From Monocercomonoides exilis PA203 (Eukaryota; Protista; Preaxostyla), in the NCBI GenBank assembly GCA_001643675.2, contig LSRY02000014.1:1054001-1118000 (forward strand): a DNA stretch of 64,000 nucleotides. Direction: 5' to 3'. The first letter of the stretch is position 1. The number at the start of each line of letters is the position of its first letter. This document shows positions 22,584-34,917 of the stretch, piece by piece. The notes under the pieces were generated by a model. That model did no database searches, was not told the DNA's origin, and worked only from the letters and a program-made list of their open reading frames with translations. The position numbers were made by a program, and so were the translations under genes.

Positions 22584-25500
22584 TCACTGCTCTTTCATCT
22601 CCTGCTTTTCTGTCTTCTTTGTTGCCTCTGATGTGATCTCAAAAACTGTCGAATAGCCTTCTTCCCCACTCGCAAGACTGCCTTCCCCCTCTCTCGTGCT
22701 CCCCCCATCCCTTTCACAGATCGCGTCAGACATCGTCACAATCACAGCCCCTGCAGGGAAATGCCCATAAAACTCCCGCTTCATCTCGTTCAGTGTCGGA
22801 CGATCATTCCAGTCCTTTCCCATCGATGACCAAACAAGCTCATACAGTTCACTCCCTCGGATCTTCTCAACATTCGGCCTCTCTCCTTTCGATATCTTGT
22901 CTCCTGCCACCTCTGACTCATACTCCCCAAATGGGATATCCAGTGTCAGACACTCCCACACCATCATTCCAATCGAGAATGAAACTGACTCCTTTGTTGC
23001 TCCCATCTTCTTGTTCATCTGCAGCTCGGGTGCCTTCCACCTCAAACACTCCTTCCTGTTGTCTTCACAATCCTCAAACGCTGATGAAGGTGGTGGTGAG
23101 TCGGTGAATCTCTCGCTCATCACTGAAACATTCGATGAGGATGAAGAAACAATGGACATCGAACAGATGGATGATGAATCGGAATCATCTGAAGATGAGC
23201 AGTCAGAGTGGAGGGCAACGCAGATCACCATGTGCTCTGAGAACAGCACAATGTGAGGACTCAGATTGGCCAGCGATGGCAATTCCTTTTCTTCATCAAA
23301 TGAGTGGAGCGCTCCATTCGCCACCCAGAACAGGATCTGTGCAGCTGTCTGCTCCCTCTCCTTCAAACTCCCAATCGCCATCTCCTTCTTCGCATTCTTT
23401 CCGTGCAGCAGCATGAACAGCGAATCCCTCAGATCAACAATCAGCTTCTCATGAGGCGATGAGCAGGCCATTGCATCCAGCAGATTCGACATCGATGAGG
23501 TGGTTGGACACAGATCCTCCCCTCGAACAAATGATGAATCTGAATCATTAGAAGTTGTTGAAGTGGATGAAATTGATGGTGATGGAGTCTGCTTTCTTAT
23601 TTCCTCTTCTTCAACCTTCTCCAGAGCCCATTCTGGAATCTTGTCTGAGTCTCTCCCCAGAATATATTCTGTGGAACCACTCTCACTCAATAAATGCTCT
23701 GATGACTCCGAGTGTCCCAAGCTTTTCTCATACACCCTCTTCTTTATCCTCTCCTCATTCTTCTTCTCTGCCTCCCTCTCGGCTCTCCTCCACTGCGCCT
23801 CAGGTGACATCTCCATCGTCACCATCTCAAATGCCTTTGGATCTTTTCTGATGTTATCATTCACAATCTCTCTCAGATCTTCTGCTTCATTCTTCACCTT
23901 CTTCCACCGGACAATGAATATAATGGATATAATTAACAGTATTACTACAATCGCAATGCATACAATTAATGCCCATGAGAATTTTCCTTCTTTCCCTCCT
24001 TCAACAATTCTGTCATCTCCTTTTCCTTGGGTTTCGCTTCTGTTCTTCAGAATAAATGAGTCAGTCGATGAAGGAGAATCATCTTTTCCAAACAAAATGC
24101 ACACAGATATTTCTGTCTCTGCTCCCGCTGCTTCCATCTGAACCGATGAAACAACTGCAACAATTTCATTCTCTGACACACTTTCCTTTTCACTAATCCC
24201 ATAGTTCTCGATCACCTCTTCCATTCCATTTCTGAAGCTCAACTTCAACGAAACATTGCAGGGGAGAAGAAGTCTCCCACTCAGCGTGATGATTGTTCTT
24301 CCCTCAGATTCCGTCTCATTCCTCGCCTCTTCCACAACTGGGATGAACAGTGGTGATGCTCTCTCCTCAATCATCCCGCTCAATTCACATCCTTCATCCA
24401 GAATCCACAAGGATGTGTTTCTTTCCCATCCGTCTCCTCCTTTCAAACTCATCACATTCAACACTCCAGAATCTGAACAGAGAATATTTCTTCTGATTGA
24501 AGGATATTTTTCTATTGATGGGTTGTTGTTCATAAATTCTCCTTTCTCAACAGTCACAGATCCTCCACAAATAGAAAGACTTCCATCAAAGCTGTTCACA
24601 AAACTCGTATCCTTTATCTCCGCTGTGCTCTCCTTTGCCTCAGCAACTGACCCATTCCATTTGCACACATCCAACTCCTCATTCAATTCCTTTTTTCTTT
24701 CTTCCTTTCCATCAAACAAGCACTGCTTCATCTGAATATTATTGCACATCAAAAGAGATATCATCTTCCCTTTCTTTCTTCTCGATGAACACCCACCAAA
24801 CGAACAGTTCGAAAACTCCACATTTCCTTCCATCCCCTCAACATCAACCACACCTGTACTCTCATCTTCACATGTGATGTTGTCAAACGAAGACGACAAA
24901 ATGGAAAACGAAAACTCACTTTTTTCTCTGTTGCTCATATCAACTTCATCTCCATTCACCTTAACCAACCATCCTTTTCCCATCCTCACATCTCTTGCTT
25001 CCATTTTTTCTATCTTCACATTCTCAGCTCCACTGATCTTCATGAAGTCTTTGTTTGCCTCAATATTTCTGAGTGTCAATCCATTCACTTCAGTATCCTC
25101 TTCCATTATCATGGCAGCTTCTCTCAAAAATGAAATCCACATAACACTCACATTCCCCACTAAGCATTTTCCCCTTTCCACAAATATCAAGCAAAATGGC
25201 ACTTCCACCATTTCCCTCTCAGCCAAGCTCACTCCCTCAAACGAACACATGCTGATCGATGTCTTTCCCGAACTTATCTTCATGAATGATGAATGTGCGA
25301 CTGGTTTTTGATTTGTTTCAACTTCTTCAAAAGCAAATTGAATCCATCGAACATATACCTGCCCATTTGTCTCCACAATCATCTCTTTGCTGCAGTTCAT
25401 TCTCCCTTTCACAACCACTCGACTCTGCACTTCATGCATCCCGCTCAGTGTGAGTGTCTCCAATCCAATTTCCTCATCAATCACTGACTCTTCATCAACA

Positions 25501-28500
25501 AACACCTGGCTGAAGAAATCGTATGTCAGGTGCCTCAGCCCAAACCCAATCGTAGCACATGGCAACAAGGGCTTCCCACACTGCTGCTCATTGCTTCCCC
25601 CTTTCCCTTCTTTGCTCGACACCACAATCGTGTCTGACTGGTATTTCACAATCAGACTCATCAAGTCCATCGCCTCCTCCTTGTGCTCTCCTGCATCCAT
25701 CCCATAGATCGCATTCTGCCTGATGAACTCCACATCACGGAAGTCGATGTTGAACTGTGTTTCGTTGATCTGCCTCTCGATGCAGTCACACACAATGAAC
25801 ATATCATTCCCGATGAATGCTGTGTTCCTTCGGAATATCACCTTATCAAACACATAATCCAACTCTCCCTTCAGTTCGGTCTTCAGATACACCCCGCCTC
25901 CTTTGCCTTCGCTCACTGAGCATCCACACTGCTTCACACTCGTGTTCACAACATGGAACAATCCTCCTTCATTCAACTCAAACAGCATCGCCCCTCCCTT
26001 TGTGCTTCTCCCACAACTGCACCCTTCAACCAGTGAATCTTCAACAACAAGCGTCACTCCACTTCCACTCTTGCTCGAAATAACACTCGGATCAACTCCT
26101 TCCCCTTCAACTGCTCCAATACTGCAATTCTTCATCCTCATCTCACCTCCTCCATTTGTTCCCTCTCCTTCAATTTCAAACAGACTCCCACTTTCCAATG
26201 TAGCTTTTGTGACTGTGAATTCGTCAATCACACTCACAACTTCTCCACTCTCCACAAACACACTTCTCTTCCCAAAATATGAAAGCACTTTGAACATCAT
26301 CATCGCCAACTCCCCTTTCTTCACAACACAAAATGCAACATCCCCCATCCCTTCTCTCTTTCCTTTCCATGAGATTGAACAATCTTCCCATTCAACTTTC
26401 CCTCCCTCACTCACAATCATCCCTGATTCTCCATTTCCCAAAACATTCATCACACACATCTCCAGTGCTCTCAGAGTGACTGCTCCACTGTTGCGAAGAC
26501 ACACATTTGCTCCACTTTCTCCATCACTCCCAAACACAACTGTTCCATATTCCATCTCTTCGTATCCTGCTCCCACTGATTCCACTTCAAACCCACTCAA
26601 ATCATGTTTCCCCTCCACTCTTATCTTTTCTTTCACTCTCACCACTTTTCTCTCTCCTCCTCTCTCAATGTGCTTCAATCCCATCTCCAATGTCTCACAT
26701 GGATCCTCTTCACTCCCACATCGAACGACATCATCTCCCTTTTCCCACACCACAATCCTCTCGCTCCTGTATTCAATCACAAATCGCAACAGATCCGTGT
26801 TTGTCCGCTTCTCATCACTTCCAACAAACAGATTCTGATCATCTTCCATCCCTTCAACATCAATCGCAAATATCTCGCTCCTCACTGTCACATTCAGATC
26901 TGAATCCAAAATGAACATGTTCTTCCCCATAAATGCCTCATTCTCAGCAAACTTCACTCCCTCAAACTTGAATGGTATTCCTCCCCTCCTTTCGCTGCAA
27001 TTCACATTCAGCCATCCTCCTTTCCCGCTTTTCACCTTCTCTGCTGAGCATCTTTCCATCATCCCTTCTTTCACATAAATCATCCCTGAATCAAGGATAT
27101 TCACCCTCACTGCCCCTCCACTCATGCTCTCTCCTCCTGTGATGCCACTCATGTTGCTCTGTTCTATCTTCATCACTTTCCTCACCTCTTCACATATCAC
27201 AGCTGACTCATCTCCACCAACAACATACAAACTTCCAAATGAGCAGTTGCTAATGCTCACAATTTCACCCTCTGCTCCATTCTGTTCCATCCCAAGAAGT
27301 GCAAGATCCATCAGACTCTTTTTTATCTTGATATTATTTATTGATATCCACTCCATCCTCACAGCTTGTCCACTGCTCCTGATGATTCTATATTCAATCG
27401 CCTCTTCTTCCCCTTCCTGCATCTCAAACGAACACAATTCCATCTCCAAAACACCATTTGCTGTTGATGAGCTTATCACCACATCCTTCCTCTGTTCAAA
27501 GGATCCAGGCAATTCAAATCCAACATTCACAAACACACTCAATCCCTTCGAATCAAGAACACTTCCTCCTCCTCCTTCAATTCCTTTCTCCACAACAACT
27601 TTCTTTTTCTTGTTGTCTTTCCCTTCAATCCAAATACCATTCACATCTCCCACCTTCTCAACACTCGTGCTCCCACTTATCACTATTTTCTTTTCTCCCT
27701 CTCCACCAAGCCTTCCAATTCCATAATCCACACTCCTGCACGGACAATTCTCCATCCCACACCAGATTCCATTGTCTCCATTCTCACTCTCCACCTCAAT
27801 GATCGACGAGCTGTATCCATCAATGAATATGAACAGATCAACCTCACTCACAAACTTCTGTCTATCCATCCCCATCAGAGAATTCTCTCTCTCACTTATC
27901 CTTTCACTGAAAGAGAAACTGCTTCCATTCACAACCCTCCTCAAATCATCACACACAACATACACATCCTTCCCACACCTTGCTCTGTTCTCTTCAAACC
28001 TCACTCCTCTCATATCAAACCCATATCTCTCTCCTTCAATCCCTACCCACATCCCTCCTCCACATCCTCCTCCATTCGTTGTCCCTTCCAGTCCAGCCAA
28101 ACATTTCTTCATCAACGTCACTTCTTCTTCACTCCTGATCTTCAGTTGTGCATCCCCTTTCAATTCCACTTTCATCCCTCCTCCATTCCCTTTCTCTGCC
28201 ACACAACCATCAACACTCGTGTTCCACACATCCACCATGCCTCCTTCTCCAATCACTCCGCTCATTATCCCTCCATCACCTTCACTCACTCGAACATTGC
28301 TCCCATTGCATCCCCAAATGGATATCTCCTTTGCTTCACTCCCTTTTATCGCCCTTGAATCAACAAAATTACACGAACTCCACTTGCATTCACTCATCCG
28401 AACAATACAATTGCTCCCTGCCAAAATCAAACTGTTTCTTCCCACTTCGCACCCACTGACAATCACACCTTCTCCTGTGAGTGTGCTTCCTTCCTCACAA

Positions 28501-31500
28501 ACAACAAATCCTGTTTCTCCTTCAAAGGTCATATCATTCAGCTCCACATTCTTCAACGAGACAGATGATAATCCTCCATTCGCTTTTATCACAGGCTTCC
28601 CGAACCTCATTGAATCCAATCTCAGTGAGGTCACATTCGCTTCTCCCTTTTCCACAACAATCAAATTGTATTCCACAAAATTCTCTCCAACTCCAAATCC
28701 AACAATGCATTCGCTCAAGTTCAGTGTTTCTCCTTTCAACTGGAATATTGCTTCATGATGTCCAAGAACAGATGGCATCATCAGCCCAATCTTCCTCATC
28801 CTTGTTTCCTTCAGCACCACAAATACTCCAACGCATCCTTCCTCATCACCTTTGCAACTTGCCTCACCTTCAACAACAAACGATCCATCATCTCCTGTTC
28901 CTTCAATCACCCTTGCCATTTTCGAAAACGCCACTGTTGAGCTGACCTCAACTCCATTCCCAATTTTGATTGTTGCTGTTGTTGTTCCATCTGCTGGTGT
29001 GCTTTCTTCCCTCTCAATCGGACAGTTCAGTGTTCGGCACTCGAAAAATGTGTGTCCGCACATTGGATGATCTGCCCCTGAAGCCGAAACATAGATCTCA
29101 CTCCTTGGAACATCCAGAAGATAGCACACAATCGGAATCACCAGTGTCACATTGTTTGTGTCTCCCTCTCCCTCCACTTCATGAACATCTTCACTCAAAT
29201 GTGAAACAAATCCATATCTCCCTTTCGGAATTAACTCCAGCTGATTCGAGGCAATAAACACATTCACTCCATGAACAGCTAGATTATTTTCAAATCCCAC
29301 ATTCACAATCTCAAACACAACTGATGGAGATAACAGCTCCAAATATATCCCTCCTCCTCTTCCCTTCTCCTCTCCATTTCCCTTCTCTGCCACACATTCT
29401 CCAATCTCTGTTGCAACATTTCCTCTGCCAATCTTGAATATCCCGCTTTGACCAACCTTCCATGCAATAACACCCCCATTCCCCTCCTTACACACACAGT
29501 TTCTGAATGTGGTGTTCTCCAGCTCCCATGAATCGCTTCTCTCACTTTCAGTGCTGAATATCACCCCATCCCCTCTCATCCGACAGATCCTTTGGATTGT
29601 CACATTTCCCAGCATCCCTCTCCCAACTCCACTATCCTCCTCTTCCTCCAACAAAGAGCAATCTCCAAGACCAATATCCTCAATCAAACAGTTTTCCATC
29701 TTCACTTTCTCAAATATCACTTTGAACGGTGAAACATCAAATGTGTGACTCTGCCCATCTTCTGCCCCTGATATGATCACATTTTTTAGTGTCAGTTTCT
29801 GTGCTCCTGTTTGGATCGCAAACAATGAACACGATGATTCTTCACTGTTGTGATGAATCGTCACCAAAGACAATCCCATCGATCCCGAATCCAATGTGAA
29901 CAAACACTCATGAGAATCCAACAATTTTGTGGAAATGACACACTCGCTCTCGCTTTCGCCTTTGAACGAAATATCTCCCCCTCCAATGAATAAGGCAGTT
30001 GAAGAATATATCGATCGAAGAATGTTCACAGTTCCCTCTGCTCCTTTCTCAATCATGTTGTATGCCTGCTCAATCGTGTTGCATGGGCTGGTCTGTGTTG
30101 CCCCACAGACTGGCCCTGTAATTCCATCTATTCTGGCATATGTTATTTTGATTGTTGGAAGCCATGCATCGTAATCTGTCTGACTGTTATTGTAAAATAC
30201 TCTCTTTGAGGGGGTTGTTGAGAACGACGACTCAAATGGCGAACCTTTCAAAAAATAGTTTTTGATTTTAACATCATGGCCTTCTTCATTTTCAGCCTTG
30301 TTTCCGGTGAAAAAGCAAAATGATATCAATTTTGGAGGTGGTTCAGTTTCCATCCAACTTGTTGTTCTCAAGAAAATACCCCCACCTCCTCCTTCATAAT
30401 CAGATGTTCCAGTTCCATTTGCCAAATTTCCATCAAATTCACATTCAGAGATTAAATATAAATTCGGATGGTATTCCATATATAATCCTCCACAAAATGA
30501 TCCTGCTTCATTACAAATAAATTTACAATTTCTAATTGTCCCATTTTCTTTTCCAGAAAGCTGATGAATACGTAATCCTCCTGCGTAGTTTACTCTAGCT
30601 TTGCATTCGCAAAAAATGCATTCGGAAAAAAAATAATCTCCGTTTAGCATATAAATTATCATTCCACCTGTGTTATCATCTGCCATGCAATTTGTGAAAT
30701 TGCTGCCAGATATTATCACACCTGCTGCTGATTGAACATCAACAGCTCCATCGTGATGATGACTCATATTCATGAATGAGCATCTTTCACATTCAAGAGT
30801 TGTATTTCCATACAAAAAAATAGCGCTTCCAACTCCAACATATCCCGTTTGATACCATTCGCAATCTGTGAAAGAATGTGTTTCATTTGCTCCCAGTTCC
30901 TGCCTTGTCATATTGCGTCCGCCTGATTCATCCACATTCATCGTTCGAAAGCAGCACTCAAATGAGGAGTTTGTTGCTCTCAACGAAGCACATGGGCTGT
31001 TCACCGATCTCAAAATACCCCCATCAATAACATCCCAAACTCTGAAAAAAGAGCAGCCCTCAATCGTTGTTTCTGTTCTCGCTCTCAAATCCATTTCTCT
31101 TTGTGCTCCCGTAACAACAGAAATGTTTGCCATCATCAGATGAGATGCTTTCACATTGCAACTAACATTCGGCGCTAAAAATATTACTGATATCAGTTCA
31201 AATGATGAAAACGAAGAATCGGAAAGGAAGATTTCTCCAATTCTATTGTTGAAGTTCTTTGGCAAGGACGAGCAAAAAAGTCTGGGAATACGAGCAAATG
31301 GCCTGAATGTGAAGGTAGAAAGATTCACAGAATAGATGCTTCCTTCATCAAGAGCAAATGGGCTATTTTTTGATGAAAATGAAATCGTATATTCTTTGAT
31401 GTTCAAATGTCCTCTCTTGCAAACAAAAAAACATGGTTTTCTTTCGAAATGCCACTGCAAAATATTTGAGGCACTCAGAGATGAATTCATCACTTGAAAT

Positions 31501-31670
31501 TTCGAGAGAATTGAACTGTATTGAAGAATTTGCTGCGCTCTGAAATTATTGTTGAACTGTTGTAATTGCAGCATAACTGTTGCGTCCAATTGGTTTATTT
31601 CTTTGCCCAACAATTCTTTTGAGCTAAAAATCGCAAAGACGCTTGCAATAATCGAAAATATCAGATTCAT
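22584..31670 (-). CDS. 3028-aa receptor-like surface protein: signal peptide, pectin-lyase-like beta-helix repeats, TM helix, degenerate TKL-like kinase domain
   Basis: Single ORF with a hydrophobic N-terminus, repeated C-x-A-x-x-x-GG(G)-hydrophobic and CG-x4-PC-x-T/S modules, TM WALIVCIAIVVILLIISIIFIVRWKK, and kinase remnants LRWKAPEL, SFSIGMMVWECLT..PF, RPTL. Confidence 0.85.
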   Translation of the reverse strand: MNLIFSIIASVFAIFSSKELLGKEINQLDATVMLQLQQFNNNFRAQQILQYSSILSKFQVMNSSLSASNILQWHFERKPCFFVCKRGHLNIKEYTISFSSKNSPFALDEGSIYSVNLSTFTFRPFARIPRLFCSSLPKNFNNRIGEIFLSDSSFSSFELISVIFLAPNVSCNVKASHLMMANISVVTGAQREMDLRARTETTIEGCSFFRVWDVIDGGILRSVNSPCASLRATNSSFECCFRTMNVDESGGRNMTRQELGANETHSFTDCEWYQTGYVGVGSAIFLYGNTTLECERCSFMNMSHHHDGAVDVQSAAGVIISGSNFTNCMADDNTGGMIIYMLNGDYFFSECIFCECKARVNYAGGLRIHQLSGKENGTIRNCKFICNEAGSFCGGLYMEYHPNLYLISECEFDGNLANGTGTSDYEGGGGGIFLRTTSWMETEPPPKLISFCFFTGNKAENEEGHDVKIKNYFLKGSPFESSFSTTPSKRVFYNNSQTDYDAWLPTIKITYARIDGITGPVCGATQTSPCNTIEQAYNMIEKGAEGTVNILRSIYSSTALFIGGGDISFKGESESECVISTKLLDSHECLFTLDSGSMGLSLVTIHHNSEESSCSLFAIQTGAQKLTLKNVIISGAEDGQSHTFDVSPFKVIFEKVKMENCLIEDIGLGDCSLLEEEEDSGVGRGMLGNVTIQRICRMRGDGVIFSTESERSDSWELENTTFRNCVCKEGNGGVIAWKVGQSGIFKIGRGNVATEIGECVAEKGNGEEKGRGGGIYLELLSPSVVFEIVNVGFENNLAVHGVNVFIASNQLELIPKGRYGFVSHLSEDVHEVEGEGDTNNVTLVIPIVCYLLDVPRSEIYVSASGADHPMCGHTFFECRTLNCPIEREESTPADGTTTATIKIGNGVEVSSTVAFSKMARVIEGTGDDGSFVVEGEASCKGDEEGCVGVFVVLKETRMRKIGLMMPSVLGHHEAIFQLKGETLNLSECIVGFGVGENFVEYNLIVVEKGEANVTSLRLDSMRFGKPVIKANGGLSSVSLKNVELNDMTFEGETGFVVCEEGSTLTGEGVIVSGCEVGRNSLILAGSNCIVRMSECKWSSCNFVDSRAIKGSEAKEISIWGCNGSNVRVSEGDGGIMSGVIGEGGMVDVWNTSVDGCVAEKGNGGGMKVELKGDAQLKIRSEEEVTLMKKCLAGLEGTTNGGGCGGGMWVGIEGERYGFDMRGVRFEENRARCGKDVYVVCDDLRRVVNGSSFSFSERISERENSLMGMDRQKFVSEVDLFIFIDGYSSSIIEVESENGDNGIWCGMENCPCRSVDYGIGRLGGEGEKKIVISGSTSVEKVGDVNGIWIEGKDNKKKKVVVEKGIEGGGGSVLDSKGLSVFVNVGFELPGSFEQRKDVVISSSTANGVLEMELCSFEMQEGEEEAIEYRIIRSSGQAVRMEWISINNIKIKKSLMDLALLGMEQNGAEGEIVSISNCSFGSLYVVGGDESAVICEEVRKVMKIEQSNMSGITGGESMSGGAVRVNILDSGMIYVKEGMMERCSAEKVKSGKGGWLNVNCSERRGGIPFKFEGVKFAENEAFMGKNMFILDSDLNVTVRSEIFAIDVEGMEDDQNLFVGSDEKRTNTDLLRFVIEYRSERIVVWEKGDDVVRCGSEEDPCETLEMGLKHIERGGERKVVRVKEKIRVEGKHDLSGFEVESVGAGYEEMEYGTVVFGSDGESGANVCLRNSGAVTLRALEMCVMNVLGNGESGMIVSEGGKVEWEDCSISWKGKREGMGDVAFCVVKKGELAMMMFKVLSYFGKRSVFVESGEVVSVIDEFTVTKATLESGSLFEIEGEGTNGGGEMRMKNCSIGAVEGEGVDPSVISSKSGSGVTLVVEDSLVEGCSCGRSTKGGAMLFELNEGGLFHVVNTSVKQCGCSVSEGKGGGVYLKTELKGELDYVFDKVIFRRNTAFIGNDMFIVCDCIERQINETQFNIDFRDVEFIRQNAIYGMDAGEHKEEAMDLMSLIVKYQSDTIVVSSKEGKGGSNEQQCGKPLLPCATIGFGLRHLTYDFFSQVFVDEESVIDEEIGLETLTLSGMHEVQSRVVVKGRMNCSKEMIVETNGQVYVRWIQFAFEEVETNQKPVAHSSFMKISSGKTSISMCSFEGVSLAEREMVEVPFCLIFVERGKCLVGNVSVMWISFLREAAMIMEEDTEVNGLTLRNIEANKDFMKISGAENVKIEKMEARDVRMGKGWLVKVNGDEVDMSNREKSEFSFSILSSSFDNITCEDESTGVVDVEGMEGNVEFSNCSFGGCSSRRKKGKMISLLMCNNIQMKQCLFDGKEERKKELNEELDVCKWNGSVAEAKESTAEIKDTSFVNSFDGSLSICGGSVTVEKGEFMNNNPSIEKYPSIRRNILCSDSGVLNVMSLKGGDGWERNTSLWILDEGCELSGMIEERASPLFIPVVEEARNETESEGRTIITLSGRLLLPCNVSLKLSFRNGMEEVIENYGISEKESVSENEIVAVVSSVQMEAAGAETEISVCILFGKDDSPSSTDSFILKNRSETQGKGDDRIVEGGKEGKFSWALIVCIAIVVILLIISIIFIVRWKKVKNEAEDLREIVNDNIRKDPKAFEMVTMEMSPEAQWRRAEREAEKKNEERIKKRVYEKSLGHSESSEHLLSESGSTEYILGRDSDKIPEWALEKVEEEEIRKQTPSPSISSTSTTSNDSDSSFVRGEDLCPTTSSMSNLLDAMACSSPHEKLIVDLRDSLFMLLHGKNAKKEMAIGSLKEREQTAAQILFWVANGALHSFDEEKELPSLANLSPHIVLFSEHMVICVALHSDCSSSDDSDSSSICSMSIVSSSSSNVSVMSERFTDSPPPSSAFEDCEDNRKECLRWKAPELQMNKKMGATKESVSFSIGMMVWECLTLDIPFGEYESEVAGDKISKGERPNVEKIRGSELYELVWSSMGKDWNDRPTLNEMKREFYGHFPAGAVIVTMSDAICERDGGSTREGEGSLASGEEGYSTVFEITSEATKKTEKQEMKEQ

Positions 31671-32735
31671 TGCAACGCTGTGATGCGATTGGCTTTTTTT
31701 GAAGAAAATGACGATGCGCAGGAATATTTATATTTTCTGGATTACCCATATTATTCCTTGGAACTTTTAATCAATAAAAATAATGCATCAATTTTTTCTT
31801 CGAAAACCACAGTTGGCTGCCACAATTCCTAATTAAATTTGTGTATTCGCTTTTGTTGTGGTTGTTGAATATTTTATTTTACTCATTCTTTTTCTCTCAT
31901 TTTTTTTTCAGCGTTTGCTTTCAAAATATCAATATGATTTGGGAAATGGAATATTTTCGCTTCTCAAAAAATGCTTTTCTGCTATTCAAGGAAATGTTGG
32001 ACGCATTTAATTCTTCATTTTCTGAACAATCTCTTATTGACTCAGGAATTCTGCTCTGTTGAATTCTATTCAACATTGTTTTCTTTCCAAAACACCTCAT
32101 ATTTGCTAATCTCCTGAAGATATAAATCCATATTCATGCATTTCGTCGCTAAAGCAAAGATCTTTGCGACTGCCTGATTATCAGTGAAAGCACCAATAAT
32201 TAAACAATCTTTTATTCTTCCACGCATGTAGCAACGTTTCGCAAATATCCAAACAACTTCAAATCTGAAAATAAATGTTTAAAGTTGTGAACCACAAAAT
32301 TGCTTTAGAAAGCCAATGAAGGATACTCAACAGCCAAACAGATGATTTAACCTTTTTTACAAATTTCTCCATAAAGAAAGGCAGAAAACAGAAATTTTAA
32401 TAGAATCTTGATGACAATTAAAAATGCTTGCATGTAACTATTTTCTAAATTAGATTGCAACCTCTAAATACGAAGGAATACAAAATAACAAATAATATTT
32501 CAAACTGTGCAGAAAGCCATTAAAAATTTAATACTTGTAAATTTTTAAAATTTTAATAAAAGTTTTGTAAGATATCACATTTTTCTTTTCGATTAAAGTT
32601 TGCTACATGGATTTAAATGCTGAACAATAAGATCATAACCCATCAATGCTTATGAAAAGAAATTAATTATCACAAAGTTGTAAGAAAATGATGAAAACAT
32701 GCTGAAAGAAGGTTTAGAGATTGACGATATGTTCC

Positions 32736-32876
<141 letters not shown>

Positions 32877-33759
32877 TTGAGAGCTATTTTGTTGTCACAA
32901 TTTGATATATCATCTGGGAGATTATTTTTGAAATCATATGGCATAAGTGTAAAAAAATACCTCCTTCAGTTTTATGATTTTTTTCATTTCAACAAATTAG
33001 AAATAAATAACATAAAAAAGCAACACTTTTGGGTGGAGCAGTTTTTTGATTCTTTGACTAAAATAACTTCAAAAAATTTTTGTGATCAATCCCATAACTG
33101 AATTTTCATAATCATCTTTTTAACTTTTAATGTTTATTTGCGATAATTGAGAATCAATCTTAACATCAAGTGAAACTGTTTATTTTAAGAAACAAGTTGA
33201 GTGTGTAATTTATCATTATTTATTTTATTTTAATCTGTAATTCTTTTGATATTTAACTTTCACTTATTTATCAATAATAATTCATAATATTTCGTTGAAA
33301 GTATTTTTTATTTACCAAATGCAAATCTATTTATTGTTTATAATTCGTGAGATGCAGATATCTGAAAATCCAATTTCGCAAGTTACTCGTATTTATATGG
33401 AAAATCTATTTGTTTAGGTTATCCACAGTCAAATTCTGTTAGGACATTCTAAGAAAACAAAGTGGAAAGTTTGAAATTTGTTGATGAGTGTGGAACTGGA
33501 TGGCATTTTTGAATCGGCAGTTTTCTGTCAAACTGACAGTTTCTGTTAACAAAAAGCAAATGCTTTTCAAATATTGGTGTGTTTCCGCTGGTTTTTCATT
33601 TCATAATCTTTCCTCTACAAAGCTAATTCAGTTTTCAATCAATTAATGCCAGTTCATCAATAACAAACTGACAATTTATGCGAATTATGGAGGTGCAACC
33701 ATTTTCTTTTATTCGACTTATTCCTGGATGAATGGAGAAAAATCCATAACATTCCGTTT

Positions 33760-34140
33760 CTTTGATGGAAATACTGCAACTAATGGAAGATGAAACGATG
33801 TGTTCTTCAGTGGAAATGCCATCACTCAATCTCCATTCGAGAATTGTGGTTCAACAACACCAACAAAAAGAGTGTATAATAATGGACAAGCAGACAACGC
33901 TGAATATAATGGCTGGCTCCCCCTCATTGCACAGAACAAAATCGTTTCTAACAGCGGAACTGATGCTGATGCCTGTGGAAAAACACATCTTAGGCCATGC
34001 GCCACAATCGAGTATGCTTTTGAATGTGTGACAGATACGTAAGATGACTCCCTCATTCTACTCACCCAAATATCTGTTCATTCTCAAACACTTCCCTTCA
34101 GAAAAGCTGATACGAAAATCACTGTAAATTGTGCATCAAC
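33760..34140 (+). pseudogene. Fragment of the beta-helix surface-protein family
   Basis: SPFENCGSTTPTKRVYNN..YNGWLP..CGKTHLRPCATIEYA aligns with SPFESSFSTTPSKRVFYNN..YDAWLP..CGATQTSPCNTIEQA in the 3028-aa protein. In-frame stops and no start. Confidence 0.8.
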
Positions 34141-34917
34141 TTTATCGAAAGATTGTTCACGTTGTGGATATTATGAAAATTCATTTGGTTCATCTTTTTT
34201 TTTCAATTCTCCACAACTTTTTCCTATTCTTTTCATCGTTCCTTATTGAATGATTTTCATCATCAAAGCGGAGCAATACATCAACGCATTCTCTTGCCAT
34301 CAACATGTTTTTTTCCACATCATATAGAAGTTGATTCTTCGTTCGCTTCTTTTTTGTTGATCATCTTTCCTCTAATCAGCACACTCAGCATATCGCGTTA
34401 TCTGGCTTTTTTTCAACAGACAAAATTTTCTTTTCCCATTTCTCATCTTCAATATCATCCTCCAATCAATCATCTTCTTTTCATTCATTTTCTTCTTTAT
34501 CAAAGATGTCAACCATACACATTGAGTTTGATGTATTTGATGCTCTTCATCAGCCATCCAATTTGACTGATGCATTGGAACAGGAAGGTGTCTATTTCGA
34601 GGCCTGCACAGAACTCGATTGAAACTTCTACCAGATGAAGAGATACAAACTGTTGAAACTGCAAATCTTATTAACAAGGTTTATGAATGGAAAGAAGAAG
34701 GAGAGTGCTTTGAGAGAAATAACAAAGAAAGAAGAAACAAGGAAAAAAAAACAGATGAGCATATTCAAATGTGGGATAAGCGGAGGATTAAACACGAGAA
34801 CATTTGTGTTTGTAATAATCATCTCATTCACCACACAACGTTCTTCTTTCTCAACCTTCTTCTTCTTCATCACTTCCATCTTCGGCAGGTTCTTCTCAGC
34901 TGGCAAAGCTTTCAGAG

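Noticed and set aside
22793-31143. Many plus-strand ORFs up to 328 aa opposite the giant gene
   Set aside because: Antisense shadows of a purine-rich coding strand (Ser/Pro/Phe/Leu/Thr-rich, no motifs).
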